DNA from: Xylographa opegraphella
Taxonomy: Eukaryota
Reading direction: 5' to 3'
Assembly: GCA_022813865.1 (NCBI GenBank)
Contig: JALDZX010000010.1
Location: forward strand, 372,001 to 436,000
Length of the DNA stretch: 64,000 nucleotides
The position numbers were made by a program, and so were the translations under genes. The notes below the pieces were generated by a model, which searched no databases, was not told where the DNA came from, and worked only from the letters and a program-made list of their open reading frames with translations. Below, in pieces: positions 1 to 12,200 of this stretch. Each line of letters starts with the position of its first letter. Position 1 is the first letter of the stretch.

Positions 1-2359
1 GTTGCGGATGTTACAGTAAAAACCGGAGTCCCGTTGACCGTCGTACTCTTGAGGCTGGCCGTCAACCTTGTTAGGCTCGCTCGTGGTCCTGTCCTCGCGG
101 CTTCTGTGTTGGAATTGCTTGGCTTTAAAGCAGTCTTCATAATCTTCTTACTGTTCTCGCGGCGTTCACATCAAGTGCAGACTTTGCTCAGAACTTCGTC
201 ACACTTCTTGTCTGTCGCGTCTCCGTTGGATTATTCGTGTCCGCCCACATTAAGTTTAGCTGTTGATGCCGGCGTGTCTGCACACCTGTAGTCACCGGTA
301 AATCGAGCGGTAGCTACCGTGTTATTTCTTCTTACGCCTTTCGCCGGGCCCTGCACCGGGATCTGCCATTGATGGGTATGCCGTCTAAGCTAAGGATTGA
401 AGGTCGATACAGTGGCCAGTTGTACTTTCAGCTGGTCCGGCTTTCCTATACTCAATCTTCATGGACAAAGATGACGCCGAATTCATCCTAAAGAACGATA
501 CGGAGCGTCTAGGCATCAGACCACCTCTGAAGACTTTTCTTATTGGCATCGGTGCTGTCAAGTTTATGCTGATCCTCTTGCTGATTGGGCCTCGGTCCAT
601 GAGGTTTACTGAGGCAATCGTAGGATTTCCAACCGCTGAATCGCTTTCGATTTCTCGGTTCGACGCTTTTCCAACCATCGTGGATCTTGGATCCACCGGC
701 TTGCCCTAGTTCGCATTGCTTCTGGGTTGTATATGAGTCGTCGTCACCTTCAATCCGATACGCCAAGTCACATTCTGAAACACCAATATAGGAGTCATAC
801 AGAGAAAGAGGCAGTATCGTGGCGCCAGAGCATAGGCCCTATGCAGCTATGATAGGCATTCTGGGTCTTCCAATTAGGCTATTCTGGTTTGCATGGACTT
901 CAAGACAGGACATACATTGATTCAGTCAGTTTGGACAGCTGTGCCACTTGTACGGGAAAGCCTGTGTCTTTGTAAGTTATACTACCACTGCAGAGCAAAC
1001 GGTGGGCCGAATTCATTATTGCGAAGCCTCGGCAGCTCTATGTCTGGTAGGCACATCCAGCCAACGACAAGAATATCCACTATGGCAGTGAATGGCTTTG
1101 CTCGCTGTCTCGGGGGGTGGGGCTCGATGTCTTTGGGGGGTGGCTTGCGCTGTCTTTGGGGGTAATTTACCCTGTCTTCAACATACAGCGTGAGCTTGGG
1201 TGTCCTTAGATTACACCAGAAAATATGCTAATGGAGGCAGTGTTTAACAGGTCTCGGAATCGCGAGGACTACAGGATAACTAGGATGCATGTATAGATTG
1301 GACTCCTCTTGATTCCTTTGGGGATTCTTTGCGGCCCTCTTCCAGGATGGGCTTTGCACCAGGTGGTCGAGCAATTACACGAGTATCAAAGCTTGAAACA
1401 ATGCACATAATGCTCGGGTCTTATCGATGTCTTGCAACCAGAAGGAAAGATTAAGGGGATGACAGAAGTAGTATGGAAGAATTGGCACTTCTCTGCTGTG
1501 TGACAGCTGGCGCGAAGGACGCTGCAGACACCGGTGGCTTGGTGACAGGGGATTTGTCTATCAAACGAAGTGGGTAGCTACGCATGTGGATGCGGAAACG
1601 AGGGATGGCGAGTAAAACGTGGATTTATACGTAAGAGGAGGCTGCATGGGTGTTGCCGATACGTATGTTTGCAGGTGGACACGCTGGTAGAGAGAACTTG
1701 GTTTAAATACGACGGCTTCTTTGACATATAGGCGACCTTATGAGACCGTGCTCCGTACATGTATATTTAATCTGAATAGTCTCGACCCGCCCACTTTGTC
1801 TAGGGCAAAAAGGAGGCGGGTATGTATGCGAGAGGCGTGCTATGTATGATACGATGCTTAGCCCCTGTGCGCCACCAAGGGCCTAGACTGTGATGGACCA
1901 CTGCTCGTCATCAGACGAGAACGACAGCAGCAGTGATGAAAGCCGCCTTCGCACGGCTGTGGATGACAGAAAGGCAGCTCTTCGTCGACGCTGGAACAGC
2001 AGATCAACTGCTTCTGACGACGTTGTGTCGAAGCTTTCTTCTCACCGAAGCGTGACTTTTCCCTTCTCGGGCATTGATCGGCATGACTAAAACTGGCAAA
2101 GCGTGATCCTGAAAGCACCCTCCAATGCATGATCTCCTTCGCTCTTTGTGTGCCGGCTTCTTCGGTTCTAGACCCATTGGCCGACTTCTCTGTATGGATC
2201 ACGAGCAGCTGGTGCGAGTAAAGAGCCGTACGATCCACTGTATGTGTCCACCACCCAAAGCACTCGCATGCATGCTCGATAGCTGGTCGACATACTGCAG
2301 ACAGTCAGTCACCTTACGGTGTTAAACGGTGTTCTTGGAGCTCCATCGGTCTCGTGAAG

Positions 2360-5300
2360 ATGGATATCAGCGCCCTGCTATCACCCCAGGATGCGCCCGT
2401 TCGGGATGCGCCGACTCAAGCAGTCGCGAAAGCATCTCCCAGACGGCCTCGAAAGCCCAGGGCGACCACAAAATCTTTCACCGCCTCCAAGATTGGCGCG
2501 TCGCCGTTGTCAAGAGCATATGTCCCGGCAGAACCGTCGTTACCAGACGGAGCACTGACAGCTCGACTGCCCATGCCATCACCGCCCACAGACGGTTCAC
2601 CACTTCAACAAGCTTCCGGTACGACAAGCACCCCATCCGTGGACGGTTCACGACTGCACCGACAATCCTCAACGTCAGGGATGGATACACTCGCAGATCT
2701 GGCATCAATGCAGCACCATCAGCAAACTGCACGAGCTAATGCCGGTGGCCTACGGAACACAGAGGTCTACGACAACCCTCTGTCGACAGCAGCGAATCTT
2801 CCGAACTTTCATGCCCTGACACGGAAGCCCTCGTCCTCGCGTTCACCTTTTGACATAACAATGCCAGACGCTCACTCGCAGACGCCATCGCCTCGAAGTT
2901 ACTCTGCTGCATCGTTGTCGCAGTCAGAATCAGAGACCATCGCTCAACTGTTCGCCTACCTTGCTGAAAATCCCTATGCTTATGAGTCGCACGTGCAGTT
3001 AGTAAGCTTGCTTCACCGTGGGCTCGTAAACCACGTTCATCCACCCAACGATTCGGCTACACCATATGGCGATCCACACACATACACCCTCCTCCCAGAC
3101 TTACAAACTGCGACGGAAGCGATGGATGCACGATTTGCACTTGGCGAGGAGCTTTGGGCTGAGCGTATGCAGGCTCAAAAATGGCTGGCAGTCACATTGG
3201 AGGATTGTTTAGGCGTCATGGAAACAGGTCAAAAGGCAGTGAGAGAAGAGACGGGCAGCACTAAGTTGTGGTTGCTTTACGGTGATTGGATGCTCTCGCT
3301 GTATAATACGGCCCATCGATCCAATCAATACTTTGCACCGCCGGATGCAGCCACCGATAAGTCAAGTACTTGGAGTGAGGAAGACAAGCTGGTGGCTGCA
3401 GAGGTTTTTGGGAAGAAACAAATTTTAGATATCTGGCATCAAGCTGCCGAGGACACCAAACATCGAATCAACGACAGCCATCTCATCTGGGATCGATACA
3501 TGGACCTGTTGTTGCAGGACCTTAGTCAGTCACAGTCTCGGTCACGTGAAGCGGTGGTGTCGATAAAGCAACAGTTCATTGCACGATTACAGATACCTCA
3601 TGCAGCTTGGGATCAAACTTTCCAGACCTTTTCTACATTCGTATCAACTTATGATAACGATCTTTACGAAGCAACTATGGTCGCAGTAAACCGCCAAAGC
3701 GCAAGTGCCAAGCAGAAATATGAGGCCCGCGAAATCTTTGAGGTCAACCTTCGTAGAGCCATTGACAACGCGGATAAGTCTGCTGAGTGGAGCGCTACGG
3801 TAGAATACCTTGATTGGGAGCGTTCTCAAAGTCGCCGCAATAAGGTCTCGAGCTTCGAGCCAGCGAACAGCCTGTACCAGCGTGCCATTCTACGGTTCTC
3901 GACCGATACAAGCCTATGGGAAGACTACTCAATGTTTCTTGTCGATGAGAATGAGCATCAACATCACAGTATAGCAATGCTGCCCCTATTGGAGAGGGCT
4001 TGTCGCCACTGTCCATGGTCAGGGACACTATGGTCGATGTACCTACAAGAAGCTGAGTGCGAACAACGGCCATTTACTGATATAGGTGAGATAAAACACA
4101 AAGCCACTAGCACTGGTCTTCTAGATGCGGGAGGGATGGAGGAGGTCTTGAAAGTACTTACCGCTTGGTGTGGCTTTTTGAGGAGACGAGCATTCCAGCC
4201 GGACTCGACAGATGAGGAAATAGACGTCGCAGAAGTTGGGATCAGGTCTGCGATAGAAGATATGGAGACCTTAGGACGACAAAAGTATGGCAATGATTAT
4301 AAAGGAGATCCCCAATATCGTCTAGAGCGTATCTACATAAAGTATCTCAGTCAGAGCCATAACTGGCAAGCAGCACGAGACACCTGGAAGAGCTTGATAA
4401 ATCGACATGGGGATAGCTATGAGTTCTGGCTTAGGTACTATAATTGGGAGATGCTCACCTGGAGCAAGCACTCTCCGATTGACAATCGCGTTCCAGACGA
4501 AGTACCTCATGAAGCAACAAAAGTGCTACGACAAGCGATCAGACGGCAGCACCTTGATTGGCCAGAGAAGGTTATGGACACATTCCTACATCACTGTGAA
4601 GACCACGAGAGCGTCGTGGAATTACAACTTGCCGTCAATCAAACTCGAAAAGCTATGAAATCGGTTACTAAACGAAGGGAAGCTGAGGCGGTCGAAACTG
4701 CGGAGCTTACCAAGCAGCAGCAGCAGCAGCAGGCGAAGATATCAGCAGAGTACGCAACTCACAATGTGACTGTCAATGGGAAACGGAAAAGAGAAAATGC
4801 AGAAACTGACGAGAATTCTGCTAAGAAGAGTAGGGCGGAAGTTATTGAGAGCCGAGAGCTTACTGTGGAGGATGAGCCGACTTCGGCACAATCTGCACTC
4901 AAAAGAGACCGAGAGAATTCGACTGTCATTGTGAAGAATTTGCCTTTCGATACAACGGAGAAGAGAGTACGCCATTACTTTAGAGACGTGAGTTTACTTA
5001 TATGAAACACATGCATATCTTAAGTACTGACAAAGCGTTCATAGTGTGGGACGATCAACAGTCTTCAGATAATTCCTGATGATGGTGGAAGTTCTTCAAC
5101 AGCCACTATCGAGTTCGACTCAAAGGAGGATGTGCTCACAGCCCAGACGAAAGACATGAAGCTCTTTGAAGGCAAAGAGATCGAAGTACAAGTCGGCACC
5201 GGCTCGACCTTGTATGTAACCAATTTTCCTCCAATCGCAGATGAAATTTATATTCGGGATCTATTTGGCAAAGTGAGTGTATTGCCGCAAGTTTAGTTTA

Positions 5301-6575
5301 CAATTCCTGACCCGATCACAGTATGGCGACATAATAAGTGTGCGTTTTCCATCGCTCAAGTACGACAAGCGGCGCCGGTTTTGCTATGTCCAATTCAAAT
5401 CATCCAGCCAAGCACAAGCCGCAACTGAGCTTGATGGCATCTCCCAAGACGGCAACCTCAAACTGTACGTTAAGATATCGGATCCCGGACACAAAAAGGC
5501 TCGCACAGGACCTATGTACGAAGGTCGAGAGGTCCATGTCATGAATGTAGATTGGAGTGTGACCGAAGAGGAGCTGAGCGAAGTATTCTCAAAATACGGC
5601 AATGTAGAGAAGGTTCGCATTCCAAGAAATATGGCGGGTAAAAGCAAAGGCTTCGCCTTCGTCGTGTTCTCTAATCAAGTACATCTACCACTAGGGCATT
5701 TCTTTCTCTGGCAAATCAGAAACTGACGGATTTTCTAGGACGAAGCCGCAGCCGCCTTAGATCTAAACCTCACAAAGTTCAAAACACGCCTCCTACATGT
5801 TTCAATGTCTACCTCCGACCCAGCCAAACGCCAAGCCATCAATAACGTCCGTCAAATATCTACGTCGACCTCGCCGGCACCCGACCCTGCGACTGGTTCC
5901 CTACCTAGCAAAAGCACTTCTGACACCTCTCCCGCGCTTTCCACATCGGACTCAACCACCCCCATAGCTCAAGCAGCAACCGCACCTTCTACCGTCACTT
6001 CCCACCCTAGTCGCTCCGACATCGCAGCTCGTACTCTCGCCCTCCTGCATGTTCCCGATACCGTCAATGAGACGCGAGTCCGTGCACTTCTCGAACCCTA
6101 TGGTTCTCTCAAGAAGCTTACCATGCGCCACGATCATCAAGGCGCGATCGTCGAGTTCGCAGACGTGTCTTCCGTGGGAAAGGTCGCGCTGGGGCTCGAG
6201 GGCGTGGAGATAGCAGAGGGTCGAAGGATCACGGTGGGATCTGTTGCCGAGCTGATGCAAGAGAAAGGCGAGGTGCGGCGGGATAGGCTACCCATAGGAC
6301 AGCTGAAGAAGGAGGGAGACGCGAAGATGATACAGTCGAGCGGGGTCATACGGCGACCGGTGCAGACAACCGGAAGGAGAGGCGGTCGGGGCGGATTGGG
6401 CCTGAAGAAATCCGGGGGCGGCCTTGGCGGGCCAAGAGCCGCGGGAGACGGGGCCGCCACGACGAATGGCGATGCAGGGCCCGCTACGGATGGAGACACC
6501 GTCATGGGAGCCAGTGCCGAGGCGGGTCAGGTGAAGACCAACGCCGACTTCAAGGCCATGTTCTTGAAGCGTTGA
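2360..6575 (+). CDS. PRP24: U4/U6 snRNP recycling/splicing factor Prp24 (SART3-like; HAT repeats, RRMs, Lsm-interaction motif), 4 exons
   Basis: HAT-type helical repeats (LWLLYGDW, RACRHCPWSGTLW), RRMs (STVIVKNLP, RRFCYVQF, SKGFAFVVF) and C-terminal KTNADFKAMFL motif. Introns read at 4988-5044, 5273-5321, 5679-5738. First ATG at 2360. Confidence 0.95.
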
Positions 6576-7105
6576 GGACTTCCGATGCGGGGCCTGGGTA
6601 TTGACAGAGGACGGGCGAGCTACGATATTTTCGGTAGACGGAGCCAGCAGCTATTGCTGTTGCGTTTCTTGGGCTTGGTCGCGTTTTAGATCTTTGAAGG
6701 AGGCCCTCGCGGGTTCTCGTTAGATTTAATGCTATTAGAGATGATTATCCTAGGACTCGGCTTGGGCCGCTTGGGCTGTCTTCGTGTCTGTGTTTCGGGT
6801 CGTTTCTGGTCGTTTCTGGTGAATGGGCCATCTGACGCTGCCGCTATGAAACACTGCTGGGAAATCTCCCTTTCTCATGGCATCTCGTGACATTTTACGA
6901 TACCCGTATCGGATTATCTTCATCGCTTCACTCCAAGCACAACGGGGTTGGGTTCTTCTCATTCGTTCTCGATTACTCGTCGTCATGTATCACTGTCCGA
7001 GTTCACCATGTCCCCGATTCTTAACCACCTGTGTGGCTGCTTATATCTACTCCACAAATCTCAAGCCTCCACAGCCTCCACTACGTACACTCGTAATAAA
7101 CCAAC

Positions 7106-7996
7106 ATGGTCGTCGGATGCGTTAGGATCTCTCATTTCCATATTGAAAAAAGCTTTACGACAGACAAGATTATATCAAACAAATTCGAGCTATGCAAGCC
7201 GCTTCCCGAAGCAAAGAACGCAGATATTGTCAAGATTGGAAATCTGTGTCTCAAACTACGCCACTGTATGGAGAGTATAAAGTATGATTATCGGTGCTTT
7301 GGATATCTCACCCATGAAGCACACTATCGATTGGGTGTCTATCATCCACAAGTATCGCGATTGTTGCATGGAAAACAGAAAATCACGTCATTGGCACAGC
7401 TTCCTTCCGAGAAGCAAGAGGAAGACAACCAATTTCTTACAACAACAGGCAACCTGTTTCTCCATAGAGGAGATCGGCTGAAACCTAGCTTTGACCGTAG
7501 CCTTCAGTGTCCTTCAATTATACAAAATGTCTTTGCTTCGTAACTGCTGGGATAAGAACAATATCATGATAAGCGGAGACCACATCACGAATAGGCGTGA
7601 ACAAGTATATGTCTCGGGATTCTTCCCAGCTGGAACAAATGTAGGGTCCCAATTAATAAGTAAAGTTCGGAGACGCAACGTGACTCTCTTTGCCCTGAGC
7701 ATAGCCTTGATAAAATTATGTCTCGGGCAGCCACTCAAGTCATCGAGAAGTCCTGATGATCCTCCTAATTCCGAAGGAAAGGCAGATGTTTTGACCAACT
7801 GGAGCACTGCGCAACGTACCGAAGATGCGGTGTATCGCAAAGCTGGGACTCCATATGGAGGTGCCTGAAGAGACGCTTATATTGCGAATTCGACCGGAGA
7901 GATACGAATCTCGAGGATGATTCATTTCGACAAGCTGTTTACGACGGAGTAGTAGCTCCGTTGGACGAAGATATGAAGGACTTTTCCCAGTTGTAG
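7106..7996 (+). pseudogene. Frameshifted, 5'-truncated relic of a DUF7580-like (kinase-like fold) fungal protein
   Basis: Family-type motifs RLK/LALTVAFSVLQLY...WDKNNI, TLFALSIALIKLCLGQPL and LYCEFD...LEDDSFRQAVYDGVVAPL are joined only through frameshifts near 7484 and 7865. No N-terminal domain is visible upstream. Confidence 0.6.
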
Positions 7997-8192
7997 CATT
8001 CAATTTGGAATTGAAGTCGCTTGTGTTCAGAGCACGTCTCCATACAGACAGGATCTAGCTCTCTCAATTTTGTAGAGCGCCATAAAGCCATGATTAGGGC
8101 TAGTGAGATGAAAGAGTGCGAATGTGGTAGTGGACCGTCCCGGACGACGCATAAATCTATGATGCAGCTTCGAGGCTTGTTGAGAGATATAT

Positions 8193-8870
8193 TCAGATAT
8201 TTTTCGACTGCACACAAAGTGCGATGCCTCCTAGGACAAATCCCATTCCGACGAAAGTATCTGACACTAGTTAACACCGTCTCTGAGATCGGATTGCGAG
8301 CCGAAGGGCAGAGCGGAGTAGTCAAACCTCGGGATATAACCTTGCCCTCCACCCACCACTCTCCTAAGACCGTAAACAAGAATGCTAAGGAATTCACTAT
8401 TGGAACCGTGAGGCTCAACTCTGGCGCAACAGATTGACGTCAGCAATTTTGGCATTGCTGTGAGCTTCGAATCTCCTGCATTACACCACTTGTCCAATTT
8501 TGCACTCTTGTGTGTGTCTTTCCCTTCCTAAAGCCTCTCCATTTTCAATGATAGAAAAGCGTTACTCACCGGCCTTTCCAATCAACAAAAAGAACCAGAC
8601 GCTACCCGTGAGGTTGATCACTAGTGGCACGGCGTAAGCCGGCCGGCGCAAGAGATCCAGTACTGTGTAGACTCCCTTCAGTATCTTCTTCTTTATCCAG
8701 CTATTCCTTGGCGATTCAAGGGTAGGGCGAGAAGGCGGATGAAAGTCAACAGCGGCGCGCCGGATGAAGGGCGTGGTGAGTCCCCAAGCCATGCCCACCA
8801 GGAGGAAGCCGAGCGTATATTTGAAAATCGAGGGCGCGGGAGGGGTAGGTAAGGGATTAGGGTCCATCAT
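8193..8870 (-). CDS. TMEM234/UPF0546-family small multi-pass membrane protein, 3 exons
   Basis: GFLLVGMAWGLTTPFIRRA...YAVPLVINLTGSVWFF|ELSLTVPIVNSLAFLFTVLGEWW|DTFVGMGFVLGGIALCV; stop at 8193-8195. Confidence 0.88.
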
Positions 8871-9341
8871 GTGACAGAAATTATACCCTTAGCATTACTG
8901 GAGAAAAAAATGAGCTCTTCAAGGGCAAGACGACTCAAGAAAGAGTTGTGCTTGGAGGTCCAGGACATTGAGAACGGTCGCCAATGAGAGATGGTTGAGC
9001 TCTACGTGAGGAACGTTGCTGAGCTAGCTAGTGTAGATAAGCCACACGTGTATGGTCCCACCTATTGCTCGATAGATAGCTCACGAGTTGATGGATCTTT
9101 GTGGCGAAGCATTCTTTGGTCGACAAGTCGAAGACTCCTTGCTGACAGATACTCCTGGTATGGAGTAGCTTCAACGCTTTCAACCTCAAAACACTTGATC
9201 ATTTCTCAACTCGGCCATGCTAAAACCCGAACAATACCGTAACCTTCCCCAGGACTAACCACAACTTGACTTTCTTGCGCAATTGTCTCACGTCGTGTGA
9301 AGTCCAGTTCCGATCAATGCGCTATTCGGTCTGCGTTGCCC

Positions 9342-10622
9342 ATGAAGCCAGCCATTGTGCTTGGACGGCCGATACCCTACCTCACGTTCGCTCTTCGCTA
9401 CGTTCTCGCAACTCCTAAGGTGTTGGCATGTGTACTGTTTGTCCTCCTCTACCTTTCAGCAATCACTTACTGCCGTTTCAATTACTACCGAGATCCTACT
9501 TCCGCATTCTTCGATTCCACCTCTGGCTATAACAAGATATACTCCTTAACAAGAGAGAAGGAGGCCGCAAGCTATATCGAGGACGCAAATGCCTTGACTC
9601 AGGCACACACGCCCAGTGCAGAGCCAAAGCTTTGCCTCGGCGTTGCTACCGTCAGCCGGCCTGATAAGCAGTATATCTGGAGTACGATAGGCTCATTACT
9701 CGACGGCCTTAGCGTCGACGAACGACGCGCAATCCATTTCATCCTCTTTATCGCTCATACAGACCCACATGTACATCCGATATACGGCGAAAAATGGATA
9801 GAGACGCTTCCAGATACGCTTCTAAGCTACGACGTGAATCATACTGAAATACTCAAGATAGCGAAATGGGAGGCGGAGAAGGACTATCGAGCGAAAGGAC
9901 TCTACGATTACTCCTATTTATTGCAAAAGTGTTACGAGACAGGGGCTTCGTATGTGGCAATGGTGGAGGGTGATGTGTTAGCAGTAGACGGGTGGTATCC
10001 ACGAGCAATGGCGGCTGTACAACAAGTAGAAGACGAGGATGCTTGGGACACCGAAAATAGCTCGTGGTTATACATACGGATGTTTTATACCGAAGCATAT
10101 CTCGGCTGGAACAGCGAGGAATGGCCACGTTATCTTGGCTGGTCTGTCCTGGTGTTCCTTGTGACAATAGTATCACTTATTGGGGCTCGAGCTTGCTCTC
10201 CGGGATTACAGCGCAACTTGTCAAATGTGTCTCTGGTCGTCATTTCCCTGGTCTGCCTTCCAGCTTGCATACTCCTGTATTTCTTTGCGGGAAAGGTCTC
10301 AATGCAACCCCCAAGCCCCGGCGTCCATCGTATGGACAATTTCGGGTGTTGCTCGCAAGGATTCATCTTCGCGCGCCATACAGTCCCGCTTGTTATCAAT
10401 CGGATCCAGCACCATACTATGGATTATATCGACATGCTCATGGAAGCCGTTGCCGATGGCGAAGGTCTGGCGCGTTGGGTCGTGGTACCAAGTTTACTTC
10501 AGCATATTGGTGGACAGAGTTCCAAGGGTGACGAGATAGCAGATTCGAGAGCAAAGATGATTTGGAACTTTGGCTTTGAGATGTACAATGCTGCGAAGTC
10601 GAAGGTAGGTAGCCCAGGCTAA
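9342..10622 (+). CDS. PGAP4/TMEM246-like fungal membrane glycosyltransferase
   Basis: N-terminal TM, YYRDPTSAFFD, LCLGVATV.R, YDYSYLL, VEGDVLA, LYIRMFYTE.YLGWNSE, two internal tandem TMs, CCSQGF and PSLLQHIGGQSSK. Single exon. Confidence 0.8.
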   Translation: MKPAIVLGRPIPYLTFALRYVLATPKVLACVLFVLLYLSAITYCRFNYYRDPTSAFFDSTSGYNKIYSLTREKEAASYIEDANALTQAHTPSAEPKLCLGVATVSRPDKQYIWSTIGSLLDGLSVDERRAIHFILFIAHTDPHVHPIYGEKWIETLPDTLLSYDVNHTEILKIAKWEAEKDYRAKGLYDYSYLLQKCYETGASYVAMVEGDVLAVDGWYPRAMAAVQQVEDEDAWDTENSSWLYIRMFYTEAYLGWNSEEWPRYLGWSVLVFLVTIVSLIGARACSPGLQRNLSNVSLVVISLVCLPACILLYFFAGKVSMQPPSPGVHRMDNFGCCSQGFIFARHTVPLVINRIQHHTMDYIDMLMEAVADGEGLARWVVVPSLLQHIGGQSSKGDEIADSRAKMIWNFGFEMYNAAKSKVGSPG

Positions 10623-10870
10623 AAGCCTTTCTCAATTATCAGAGAGCGTAATTATCACGTTTATTCCAACATGTCTTATAATAAAATCTCTTTCGGTACC
10701 TTTCCCACGATGCTGCCTCTTGGTGCCAAGGATATCTAATCACACTGGAACGCCGTGCAAAAAAATACACCCGGGAATATAAAGAAATGCTACAAGCTCC
10801 TCCCCTATTGCCTTTGTAATTGACACTCTGGAGTGGAAACTCCGAAAATATTCATAAAGCTCCCCGTATA

Positions 10871-11945
10871 TCAATCCGCCAGCCTAATCCTGATCAGCTA
10901 TCGATGATACCTTCGAGTAATTGGATTACTTACCTGTAGCTCACAAGCGTATCTACTTTGTGATTGCTGGTACTGAAGCTCCGAAGTTGCACTTTCTCGG
11001 CATCTTCAATCTCTTTGGCATCACTGTCTCCCCATTCCAGGGGTACATCAGAATCCGCGTCTGCATAGACAAGAACGTTGAAAGTATGGTTGCCATCGAG
11101 CTGCGGCAGAAATGTAACCGATGCTGTTATCTGCCGAAATATGGATTGTATCTCGCTTTGAATCTCCTTCTCAGTCTTCTCCGGCGGTGCCACGGTTTCC
11201 CTAGATTATTAGGTCGATCAGTCGGACCCCTGGTAGGACTACGAACTCACTCTGGCACCGCGTTTTCCTTGTCAGTAGATCTCTGGGAAGTGATCTTTCT
11301 ACTAGTCTTATTGAAGATATGTACCTGGCCAAGCAAATGAGCTCCCTAAGTGAACGAGTACCCGGAAATACATACGTCAAATTGCCATCTCTCGACGTGC
11401 TCTCCGGTCTCCTTGCTGGTGATCACTATCACGAGCTTTGAAATCTTCCCACCAAGCGTCCACTTATTGAGCTGTGACATGATCTTCTTGATATATGCTT
11501 TGACTTGGTCGTCCGCCGAAACTGGCTTGCATCAGCACTTGTGACATCACTTCCATGAAATGGTTTACCAAGCATATTGAGACCATATTTCTTTACACTA
11601 GAGAATTTTAGAGATCTTCCAGAAGTCCAATGTGCGGTGACTTACGCCGTAAAGTCTTCCGCAGGATATACGCCTCGTTGGTAACTATTGCTTGATGTCA
11701 GCCAAGCTCTATCGATGGTTATAGTAATGTGAGCATCGTACAGAATTGTATTGATCGAATACTCGAACTAAATAAAGCCTTAGCTCTATCATATCGTGGA
11801 ATTAATTTGATTTTGATGTTACAAATTCCGCGACTAGTTTTGAGGATCCTTAGGCACAATCAGCATTGTTTACTTTGGAGGGTTCAAGATCCCAACCCTT
11901 TAGCGACAGCTTGTGCACCTTTGATTTATCTCTGTCCTTAGACAT
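10871..11945 (-). CDS. MAD2: Spindle assembly checkpoint HORMA protein Mad2 (about 9 exons)
   Basis: KLSLKGS, FEYSINTIL, YQRGVYPAEDF, KKYGLNML, ERWQFD, IFRQITASVTFLP, VPLEWGDSD and VQLRSFSTSNHKVDTLVSY spread over GT-AG-delimited exons. Confidence 0.96.
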
Positions 11946-12200
11946 CGTTAAAATTGACCTGTCTTTATGGTTCTTAGTAGCTACAATCGTAAATTGATAT
12001 GCTTTAGGCAGCGAAGTACGACCCAAGTTTGAGAGTCACTTTCGGGGTTGAGGGGACGACGGCCAGGGCGGATGTCGTTCTTACCCGGTGATCGATGCAA
12101 AGCGGTCTTCCATATGCATCGTGCCGTTCAATTGATCTACTAATATTTATGGTATGTGACGCATGTCAATGATCTGATGCTCTGGTAAAGGAAGCTCGCT
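11946..12200. promoter_or_regulatory. Short divergent (likely bidirectional) promoter between MAD2 and the MYST gene
   Basis: About 255 bp between head-to-head start codons; no specific site identified. Confidence 0.45.

Noticed and set aside
1930..2020. C-box (GTGATGA) and D-box (CTGA) about 80 nt apart, suggesting a C/D snoRNA
   Set aside because: Weak terminal stem and no clean rRNA-complementary guide that I can recognise; such motifs occur by chance.
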